DNA from: Callorhinchus milii
Lineage: Eukaryota
Assembly: GCF_018977255.1 (NCBI RefSeq)
Contig: NW_024704743.1
Span: forward strand, 18,230,001 to 18,294,000
DNA length: 64,000 nucleotides
Direction of reading: 5' to 3'
This document shows positions 51,601 through 63,600 of this stretch, in pieces (position 1 is the stretch's first letter; every line of letters starts with the position of its first letter). The position numbers and the translations under genes were made by a program. The notes beneath the pieces are model-generated. The model had not been told where the DNA came from. It worked only from the letters and a program-made list of their open reading frames with translations, and did no database searches.

Positions 51601-54600
51601 GATTTCCAGGGAGGGGAGCAGAATGGATGAAAGCTCAATCCCAATGATAGAGTGGATCAGACTGCGGATATGAAATTGTCTGGCTAAGTGGAAGTGGCAT
51701 GAAAGCAACAAAGGTGCTAAATGGCAAGACAGTGTGGCTCCACACAGTTTTCTGTCTAGTTCTTCAAAGCAAGTGAATTAATCCGGATTATAATATCAAC
51801 AACTCTTCTAAAATTGCTCATGCTATCTGATTAAACTACTTTAGGCTTCACTGAACACCACTAAAGGTTGCTATTGTCATATCTCTTATAAGGTCAGGAC
51901 ATGCCATTTATGGATTTTTAAACATGATTTCCATTCAGTGTACGGCTTCTTCAACACTTGTAATTTACATGCGATGTTCAGATATCTGGCAGTGGAGTCC
52001 TGTAGCTCAGTGGTTAGAGCACTCGCTTTGTAAGTGAGAGACCTGAGTTCAATTCCAGGCAGTTGTGGGTGAAATAATTGAACACATTAACAAGATAGTT
52101 GCATCAAGAAAAGATCACCAGTGCAGAATCAGTATGGGTAGTGAGAGTAGCTTCAGCTTTACTTCAACATGATCTCTCAAATAGTTTACTGAACAACCCA
52201 AGAACTTTAGTGGACAGAGGGATTTTAAATCTTAATAAAGAGAGAATTATACTCCTAACATTTAAAAAGAAAGTTTGAGTTGTGCGTGCAGAGCTCTCGT
52301 CAGCTCCTGGCTTCAGAGCAGGAAATCTGAATCAGCCATCCTGTTGCTAATTACTTTAATGCTAGGAGCAATAACACATGAGATAGATAATCTATGTTTT
52401 TGGTGAATTTGAATGAGTCAGAAATATTTACCAGGACTCCTGAGAAAGTTTATCCAGAATTATTTGTTGTTCATCTCTGAAAATATGCTTAACTGATTTC
52501 CAAAGTATATTTGCTCTCACTTTCCACAAATCTCTCTCTTTGCTCTTACTCTACTGAAGATGAGGACCCATTACTGTGAATGGTTCCATATGTGGATTTT
52601 GAGTGTTAGAAGAATGCTTAACCACAAGAGCTTGACAGCTTATGTACGTGGGCTGATAACTGGCAAATGAAGTTTAATACAGATTAAACTTTTAATATAT
52701 TTAGCATCTTGTTCTGAATATGAAGTACAGTACTCCATGGATGGGATAGAACTTACCAAGGGGAAGCTGAAAGTTATCTAAGGGTGTTAATTAACTTATT
52801 GCTCATTATGTCAAAACTGTGTGAGGCAACAATGAACAAGGCAAACAGGATTCTGAGCTATATTACAAATAGGTTGAGTTTAGATCCCCAGATGTTGTAC
52901 TCGGGTTGTATAGTGTTCTTGTCACACCGCACCTTGAGTACAGCATACAATACTGGTCCCCACAACATAAAGAGGCTGCCCAGACCCCAGAGGCAATTTG
53001 AGTACTGCCTTCAGAAGTCTTGCTGCTGTTTTGCTTTACTCTGAGTATTGTGTTACATCTTGGCATTTCTTCGGCAAAGTGTCCCTGAACACTTTGGTCC
53101 AAAATGCACACATACATCATGAGGTCAATGATCTGTATAACATTTTTGACCACAATGTTGCTCTTTAATCTGGTGTTTTATCTTTAATCAATCACCGAGC
53201 TGTAGAATGCAGGTTAATATTGCCAAACTGTAGCTGTACAGTGCTCTAGTCAGACTGCACCTTGAGTACTGCATACAATTCTGGTCACTGCGACATAAGG
53301 GGGTAGTGCAGGTAATTGGAGGCAGCATAGAGGACAGCAACAAGAATGATATTAGGAGGTGATATGAGCTGTGAACAATGAAAAGTGGAGCTGGTGCTCT
53401 TCAGTCTTTAGAAAAGCCGACTTAGAGGGAACCTCATAGAGGTGTATAAAATTTTAAATGGGATTGAAAAAATAAACCCAAATCAATACTTAAGGATTCA
53501 CCAAGTCAGTGGAACAAGAGGTCATAAGTGTAGAGTTGTAAACAGAAATTCAGGACAGATACCGTAAGTTTTTATTCTGAGAATAATCAACAGTTGGAAC
53601 AGGTAGCCAAGACATGCGTTTGAGGTCACAATACTGGACTGTTTTATTTAAAAAAAANCAGTTTGATGTTATGATGGTGGTGTTAGGGTGGGAGTTCTGC
53701 AAGGATGAAATCAGATGGGTCAAAGGACCTTCTTCATCCAAACTAATCTTGTGATTTTGTGTGATGAGGATAAGCACGACTGTGCCCAAGTATGCTCTCA
53801 CCAGTGTCCATGCATATTTGTTCTAACATGGGTAGATAGACAGCAGCCAGGAATTAGGGAGGTTTCTTTATTATCTGGAGACACAGATCCCATTTACACT
53901 AAAACCCTGGCTAGCCAGACTAATGAAGGGAGTCCTGTGGCTCAGCGGTTAGAGCACTTGATTTGCAAGCGAGAGACCTGGGCTCGATTCCCGGCAGGGT
54001 GAAACCTTGGGCAAGTTTCCTTACTCCACACGCCTAATAATAATCCCTCCAAAAAAACAAAACAATAATAAATTGGTCATTTTCAATCCACGACTGTTTG
54101 TGGGACATTGCTGTCCGCATTTGCCCACAAATATACAGTCAATTCACTTTACAGTATATTCTGTGAAGCACTTTGGGACATCTAGAAGACATGAAAAGCG
54201 CTATATCAAATGCAAGGATTATTATTATTATTATTATATCTTTTGAACGAGACATTAAACCGTGGTCACTTCTGCCTGTTCAGGTGGATGTTAAGGATCC
54301 CATGGCACTTTTCAAGACAAGAAGGGAGTTTCTCCCAGAGTCTTGGCAAACAATTGCCCAAAATAAAATTAGTTATTTGTTTCAATGCTGTTTGTGGGAT
54401 ATTATTGTGTTTGCCAACAAATACAATTACTCCACTTGACAAAAAATCCTGTGATGTGCTTTGGGATATCCTCCCTACGTGAAAGGCACTATACCAAATA
54501 CAAGGATTATTATTTTATTATTAATAGTATATGAGTCAACAACAGCAACTTCCACACACAGTAGCGTCTCAGAGCGCTTAACAGTGACGGAATCTGACTC

Positions 54601-57600
54601 CGAGCCAGTGGGCAGGGGGAGGGGGTGTAAACACCGTCGAAGAGAAAGGTTTTCAGGCAGTACTCAAAAAAGGGGAGAGAGGGGGCAAGGCAGAGGGATT
54701 GAAGGACAGTGTTCCAGAGTTTCAGGGTTCAGTGGCTGAATGCGCGACCTCCGATGGTGGGGTGGAGGGTGTGAGGGATGAGCAAAAGGCTGGTGCCAGT
54801 CGAGTAGAGGCCCAGGGTGCTGGATTTGGGAGTGAGGAGGTCGGAGAGGTAATGATAATAATAATAATCCTTGCATTTGATATAGCGCCTTTCACGTCGG
54901 GAGGACGTCCCAAAGCGCTTCACAGAACACACTGTAAAGTGAATTGACTGTATATTTGTGGGCGAACGCGGTAGCCAATTGCGCACAGCAATGTCCCACA
55001 AACAGTCGTAGATTGAAAATGACCAATTTATTATTGTTTTTTGTTTTGGAGGGATTATTATTAGGCTCTGTGTGGAGTAAGGAAACTTGCCCAAGGTTTC
55101 GCCCTGCCTGGAATTGAACTCGGGTCTCTCGCTTGTAAAGGGAGTGCTCTAACCACTGAGCTACAGGGGGGTGCCAGGGAGTGAAGGGATTTGAACACGA
55201 GTGTGAAGATCTTGAAGTTGATCTGTTCAGTGATGGGGAGCCAGTGGAGCCTGGCCAGAACTAGTAAGCTGTGGGTACAGAGTTTGGTCCGGGTCAGCAT
55301 GTGGGCAACAGAATGAGCTGGATTTTTTCAATATTCGAGCTGGGGAGACTGGCGAGGATTGTGTTTGAGTAATCCAGGCGGGAGTCAACACAATCTTTCC
55401 ACTTATTCTCCAAATACCCTGTTGCATTTGCTGCGGCATTCCGCTCAACCATATCCTGGGCAATTAATTCAACTTATTCTCTGCACTTTGTACAAATAAA
55501 GGTGTAAAGCAATTCAATCTGTCCATCCTTCTCTTTCCGAGCCTCAGCCTGTTCTTAGAAACAGCAGAGAAATGCTCTACACTGAAGAGGGCCATTCTGC
55601 CCTTCGTGTCTGTGCCATTGTGTTTTATTAATCCCACTTTCAAGTTCTCTCCCAATATTGATACTGTTCAGATTATTTTCCAGTTCTCTTTTAATCAATT
55701 CCATCAATCCCGCTTCAATAGACAACTGTAATGAATTACAACTCCAAGCAACCCTCTGAGCAAATAAATTCCTGCTAAACACTCCACTAATTTTTCTGCT
55801 TGGGATGTCCTCCCGACATGAAAGGCGCTATACAAATGTAATTTGTTGTTGGTTTTACCCTCATCACCAATCCCCCACTCCAGCTCGAGGGCCTAGCCTG
55901 TGTTGAACACTTTGAGATGTCTTCCCAACATAAAGGGCGTTATCTAAATGCAAATTATATTGTATTCCCCAATGTCACAAAGTTGCATATATAATGGAAG
56001 GTCAGTAGGTTCATAGTTGTATCTTTGAACCATTTTGCTTTAACAAGAAGTTACCGGGATGGAAAAGGTGGAGAATCTTACCTCTAAATAGTCTCCATTG
56101 CTGCAGCTGGAGCCAGAGGCTTGTACCTGGAAAAGCTTTTCGAAATGTAAACTAATAATGGACCCACTAGTCGCAAGAACATGCCAAGTACAGTTGAGAT
56201 TTGCTGTATAGGGTTGAGGGTAGTTGGGTGAAGTAATTACACCACGATCAGCGTGGAGCAGGCCACCACACACTGCAAGGATTCAGAAAATAAAATTGAT
56301 TAAACAATTACACATTATCTGCAAGGCATATTTCTGCTAGTTAGTAGTTGTCAGAGAGTTGAATTCTAATCTTGGTGTCTAATTTATGTTTAATCTTCCC
56401 ACAAGAACAGATAAAGCATTGGTATGTCTTGGAACATCTTCCTGATATGAAAGGCGCTATACAAATGTAAATTTGTATTGTTCCATTCACCGGATGGTAC
56501 AACACTGAATAAAATATTGTGGATGATCTTTAGAGCGACAAGAAACTAAATCTGGTACAACGTTTACACATTACTGAAGAATCTGATGTGTCAAAAAGAG
56601 ATAAGAGAGTCATATCAGAATAGTGAACTTACTTTTATGGTAGGAAGCATTAAAACCACCTCCACTATTAGCTGTATCAGCTATGAATTGAATGAACATT
56701 GCTTCGCCAGTCGATCGGATCGGTCCAGGCAATTCTTTGCCACACAGTGTGGCCAGTACTGGAGAAAGGCTATCGTCTCCTGGGGTTTGAACAAAGAAAC
56801 TGTGTTAATTCCAGCAGTGAATGACTTCACCAAAACTCCACCAGGAGATTATAAATAAGGTTTAAACAAATGTGTGTTTGATATAGCATCTCTCACATCG
56901 CGAGGACATCTCAATGCGCTAACTGGGACATCCTGTTCAGAGTAATGATTGTGTATATTATTGGCAAATACAGCATCTTATTTACATACAGCAATGTCCC
57001 ACATATAGCCTTGACGAAAAGAGCCATTTATTATTCGGGAGATTGTTGGCCAGGATAACCGAGAGATACTCCCCCTTCTCTCTCTTTTTTTTAAATGGTG
57101 TCATAGAATTTTTAGCATCCATCTGAAAAGGTAGACAGGACCCCAGTTTAACAGTTCATCCAAGAAGGCAGCACATCTCAGCACTGCATTTGTGTCAGCC
57201 TAGACAGTGAGTTCAAAGTCCCAACATAAAACTTGAACCCACAGCCTTCTGGCTCAGAGACATGAGTGTTGCCAACTGAACCTGGCTGACACTTAACTGG
57301 TTTGAATGAAGAAGGCCTATTGACCCGATTGTTAACATCCTTTCAGAATACCTACCTGATGTTCTTCCTATCAATATGATAGTATAAAACATAATAGTTT
57401 TATACTACATAAAGTATGTATTGCTGAATAAAGAATTATAATAAAGTGAATTTATTTTTAACATATCTATTTATGGGTTAATACTACTGGGGGATATTAA
57501 CTAAATAGATCAGAATATTTTGTGCTTCGGCAGTAACCTGACACCAGATGTCTCCCCTTTCAGGTGTTCAACATAATGTGTTCACCTCTACCTCAATGCA

Positions 57601-60600
57601 CACTCTGGTGTCTGCAAGCCTTGGCTCTTGTCAACCTGCGCCTAGTACTTTCCGTACTTAAGTACGGATGTGTCCCTCCAGGGAGAGTGCGCATTCCATT
57701 CCAACAATCTGTCTCTGGGATTTCCATGTGTAGGTGGGATGCCTGGAAATCTCAGCTTGGTTTGGATACTCTTAAGCATGGCGATGAGTTTCCGCATGTG
57801 TCAGACATCGATGGGAATTCTAATGGGATTCCTTATTAAGCAAGCTCATTAAGGAAATACTGCAAATTAGAATCTTAGAGATATGCTGATGCTTTAAGCA
57901 TTAGTGTTTAGATAATATAAGTTGTGTATACCGTGCCTCTTAAGTGAAAACAAATGTCTTAAATCAATTTCCATAATCAATAAATGAAGTGAATGTTGTT
58001 ATTTAGGCAAATGTGACAACTAATCTGTATCTACTCCATTCCATCAATGGCCAATTAAACTGACACTTAGAGATAAATTTGGATTGGATTCAAATAGTAA
58101 CAGTAGGCAAACCCCTTATGTCCATTTGAATCCCGAGGCAGACTAAATCTAAAATTAATAACACAATTAAAGAATGATGGTGTATAATTCTACAGTTATA
58201 AACAGTAAAAAAACAATTCTTACCATCTCTGATTACTAGTGAATCAAGGCTACACTTGCTGTCTGCTGACTCAATGTCAAGAGCCATAATGTTGAGTTCC
58301 ACTGTACTTCTTGGTGACCAAATGACCCACATACAGTTCAGATGTGTTTGATATTCATTGGGCCAGCCTGGTGAATAGAGGAATGCAGGGCTCTCCCCTG
58401 TCATGACATTTCCACCACAAGCACCTGGAAGGAAGGCAAGAGTGAGGTATTTATTCGTTACTGAGTAAAATGCCTAAACAGTTAAAGCAGATCATGCAAA
58501 CTGCCGCAACAAAGAATAATGTTTGTGTTTAATGATGCTTCAAAAGGTTTCATCTTCAATTCCCCCCTTTAAATATCCAATTATGATTACCTTTAACATC
58601 ATTTGGGCATTTCCTCTTATTGTTCAATGCTTAGTTTAGCGATACAGACCTGCTAGGTTCCAGATTTAATCCCCAGTCTTTGCTGCGATTGTTGATCTCA
58701 GATAAAATGGTATCTAATGGTGCTACAATTGGCCTCAGAGTGAAGAATCAACCAGCATTTCCACTCTTGATCACAATGTAATGATCCTAGCTGATAGGAC
58801 TTGTGTGAATGGATTATGGGGAAGGACTACAAATCAGGCTTGGATGTAATGCTTCCCTGTCACTGAATAGCCTGCTGATGCACAATGTTAGGGATCGGAC
58901 ATGAATGATAGGGATTTGATCACTGAACCGACAACAACAACAATTTACATTTATATAGCACCTTTCTCGTTGAGGGGATATCTCAAAGTACTTCACAATA
59001 GGTTTCAGGTCAATTTTTAACATGGAATTAGAGGGTAAAATTTGCCTTCAGTATAAATTTTACCCTGTTGAATGGACCAGAAGCAGAATTCCCCCCTTTT
59101 TTTTAAGTGTGTTTAAATATTTCAAAATCCTTCAAAAAGTAATTACTATCTTGTGCAGAGAATTGCCTTTGTAAGCAAACACTGCAGCAATTAACCCAAA
59201 GAGCCATGAAACAAATGATCTAATTTTTATACCATAAGTAATCTTTACATTTGACATAGCGTTTTTTCAAATCTTCTAGACATCTCAAAGCGCTTTACAG
59301 AATATACTGTAAAGTGAATTGACTGTATATTTATGGGCGTAATAATAATAATAATAATTTTTGCATTTGGTATAGTGCCTTATGTCATCGAGACATCTCA
59401 AAGCACTTCACTGTGCTGTGTGTGTAAAGTGGATTCACTATGTATTTTGGGGGCTTCTGGAGGATTATTGCGCAGGACACTGGGAGAAGCTGCATTTTAT
59501 TTTTGAAAAGTGTCATGGCAGCTTTGATGTTCACCTGATCAGGCAAAGAGAATCTGGCTTTAACACCACATCATATTTAAGATGATAACCCACTCTCCCA
59601 CCCCACCCAGCCCCACGTGTCAAATCAACCTGGACCTTGATCTTAACTACCAAATCCCATGCTTAATAGTCTTGTACTAATGAAGGTTATTTAAGTTTCT
59701 ACACATACCTAATACTATCATACATACCGATTCTACTTATGTAAAACAACGTGCATGTGATCACAGACCTGGTGGAATAGTTGGAATTGCAGTTGGGTTA
59801 ATGGTATATTGTTGTGCATGCCACTCCAGTAAGAAACCCTGTCCGTTGCTGCTGTCATCACTGCTAAACTCGATAGTCAAGGTGGTTCCAAATGAAACGA
59901 CTGGTGGAGGTGGTTCATATCCACAATATGTCACAATAAGACGTGAATTAACATCAGGGCCATCATAGAACTAGGAGGAACACATTCGCAATCTCGTCAA
60001 TTGTAAAGAAAATTGCTAAGAATACACTACAAATTTACATTTATATTGTGCATTTCCCATTGGGAGTATGTGCCAAAGCACTTAACAGCATTGGCTGGGG
60101 ACCAGACGTGGAGGTGGGAGGGAAGTGGGAGGATTGAAGAATAGAAAGATGATGGAAAGTGTGGTGAAAGAGGTAGGTATTGAGCAGACTATTAATGAGA
60201 TGAGGATGGGAGCAAATTGGAAGGACTCCAGGATTGAATACATATTGTGGGGTGATAATTCTATGTTTTTTGGTTGAGAACCACAGTAACATCTGTAGAC
60301 AATGACTTTTAAGGCAGCACAATTAAATCTGGTGTGGGAACAAGAATATTCTCAGGATAGTGAGATCAAGTGGATATTATGGAAGGCAAATAGGTATCAT
60401 GGTTGAAATGGAACCACTTTTCCTGGAGTCAGTAATTAAGGAATTTTTCCAGTCTGACCTCTGGGTGGAGAAGGTGCATGATACAGATATATTACAGCAG
60501 ACTAAGTAAAAATAAAATACATATTGCAATACACCCTCACACACAGACCCCCCACCACCACCACCTATATACACCGATTAAAACACACTTTAAAAATATT

Positions 60601-63600
60601 ATTAATATATGTTGTACAAGATCATAATAAATTTAGGCAGAAATAGATTATTAATCCTTCTAGCCTATTCAATTTCCTGTAGGATTCCTTCAATGTCTCC
60701 ACCCATAAGTCCAAAAGCTCTGATTCCTTTTAATTAACAGGAACCTATCTTGTTCCTTTTGGAGACTGTAGTTTTTGTTCCATTGTCTGTGTCAGTTTGT
60801 TCCATATTTCTATCACCTTTTGTCTCTTTCAGTTCTCAGGAAATGCCATTATGAACTTGTAACACAATGATCAACAGCATTGGAGATCAATGCACCATAG
60901 ACTTTAAATGATGCCCTAGGAAAATACGCAAGTTAATTTGAAGATTGCCAATGAACCACACAACAGCCACAATTTGTCCATGGGCTGGCTGTATGATGAG
61001 CAGTTCCTGCTTTATAACACAAGGAATTGTTTGATTATTTTGCTCCATTTGCTATGTATAGTGAGTCTTGCAACAGGCAGTGTTAAATGTAAATTACCCT
61101 CATCTGATTGCTTACGGTAATTGTAGGAACTGGAAGACTGATAGCTTTGTTGGGGGAAATGTCTTCAGTTCTTCATTTGAAGTACATTTTAAAACAATAA
61201 CATATATTGTAATAATATTTCACTCTAGTTTTTAATTTGTCACTGTAATTGTAGCACTGCTTTATTATTCTAAGTGTGATTGAGTCCTGGATGATGGCAA
61301 ATTTCGTACAGTTGAATGTGAACAAGACTGAGGCCCTACTGATTGGCTCACGCCAGCGTCTCTGCACCTCAGACTCAGGCAGCATCAACCTCCCTTGGTT
61401 GCACACTTCAATTCACCAGGCCAGTCAGGAACCTAGGTGTCTTGTTTGACCCTCAACTGTCTTTTCTTCCCCACATCCAAGCCATGACCCGCTCTACCTT
61501 CCCTCACCTCCGTAACATTGCCCGACTCCACCACTACCTCACCCCTCAGGCCCCTGAAACTCTTGTTCATGCCTTCATCACCTCCAGGCTCAACAATGCA
61601 ATGCCCTGCTTGTTGGCCTTCCCAATTCCTCCCTCCATAGGCTGCAGATAATCCAGAACTCTGCAGCCCATGTCTTCTCCTACACCAAACTCTGTGACCC
61701 CATCTCCCCCACTCTCATCCGACTCCATTGGCTCCCTATCCTTCAGAGGATCCAGTTCAAGATCCTGGTCTTCACCTACAAAGCCCTCCATGCCTCATCC
61801 CAGCCTACCTCTGCGACCTCCTAACCCCCTTCCAACCTGCCCGTTCCCTTCGCTCAGCCGGCTCTGGCCTGCTCCACACATCCCCCGACCCACCTGCCCC
61901 AACATTGGCGGCAGAGCCTTCAGCCACTCTGCCCCCAACCTCGGGAATTCCATCTCCCAGTCACTCCACCTCACCCCCTCCTTAGCCTCCTTCAAGTCCC
62001 GCCTCAAAACCCTCCTCTTTGACCATGCCATCGGCCACCGCCCTTCCCCTCCCCTACCTTATGCCTCCTTGACCTCAGCTCAGGTCTGAAATGCTGTACA
62101 CTGTCCAGCGCCTTGGGACGTCCTCCCGACGTGAAAGATGCTATGCAAATGTAATCTTCTTGTTGTTGTTGATTGCCTGATAATAATAATCCTTGCATTT
62201 TGATACAGGCTATAATAAAGCTTTGTGTTCGGTTTAGCAGAGTAACAAAAATAGTTCTGCTGCAATTATAAACTGGTAATTTTTATAAGTTTCTCAAAGC
62301 TTAGAAAGTTTAGGATCTAGTTCTCCGTTAGAGAAAACTAATGACTTACTCTCAACCTGTTCCGTGCACATACTGAAAGATCATCAATATCCATCACTAG
62401 TATTTTGACGTGGATGATGTTGCCTTCTGGAGCAGTGATTGTCCAGTGGTACCTGGCGTTGTTTGGGTAATGGTGAGGCCAGAGGGGAGATGTAATTTGG
62501 CCTTGAGTTCCCATAATCTCATTACCGTACACTGTAACACATATGTTAAGTCAAGACAAGGCACAGTTATGTAATCAACTGTTTCATTAACTCTACAATA
62601 ATATCCATTTAACTATCCTAAACAATTAGTTAAATCATCAAAGCTGGTCAGTGAGGTGCGGGAATCAAATCACTGTTAACTCCAAACTTCTAAGTTATAC
62701 AAGTACTGTATTCTAAACAGTCTATAGACATTATATACAATATACATTTTCCTACATAATCTAGACTTTGTGGAAAGACATTAACCAAAATACAAGATGA
62801 ATGGTAACCAATAAATATCTGCCACAAACTTAGTTTACTCCCAAATGTATTTGTTTTATATAAGTGAATGCCCTACAGTGCTAATACCATATTGCTGCTA
62901 TTATTTGGGGCCTTTCATCACTTTCCCCCTTATTTACTAAAAGTATCCGACTTCTCTTGAGTTATAATTCCATCGACCCCTTCCTGTACGAGATCTAAAC
63001 AGACATTATTCATATATCAAGCTTGACATTGAATCTTGACACTCATTATGCCCAAGATGGTCACCACAGACGAATGTGATCCGGTCTTCACCCAACAGTT
63101 ATATTTTGTAGAAGGGGCTTCTGCCTAGCAATTGTAAGAGGAAACCTTGGGCGAGTTTCTCTTTCTCATTTTTTTGAAGTCACTCAGATGTTCCACATGT
63201 GTGGAAATCCAGGATCATACGTAGGAGCATCCAAACAAGATTGCGAGTTCCACATATGTATGTCACCTACACATAGACATTTCCCCGTGTCTGGAATGGA
63301 TATTCTATCACTAGAGGAACACACCATGCTTACCTAATTCCAGACAACATCAGGTGCAGAAGGCAAGAATCAAGGCTTCAAGGCTTAGGGACCCCTAGAG
63401 TATGCGCTAGGGTATTGGTGGATCTCAACCAGCCAGAACTGCATAGATCAGCAATGAGATCACTGTCTGTAAAGTTTCTTGCTGCTCATCCAGATAGGAT
63501 CATCTTAAGATAACGTTAATTGGAGCCAAGTAAAAAAAATTGCTACTCCTAGTGATTGATCTTCCCCTCCAAGTCCTGCCAATGAGCCAGGCTGGCTGGC

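Noticed and set aside
51994..52062. Possible tRNA gene (also the heads at about 15181, 30996, 35705, 50614 and 53929)
   Set aside because: These are SINE heads: no pairing acceptor stem, and the anticodon region varies between copies.
59032..59067. Short palindrome agggtaaaattt...aaattttaccct (similar one at about 3908-3952)
   Set aside because: Too short and AT-rich to support a call; possibly remnants of old MITE ends.
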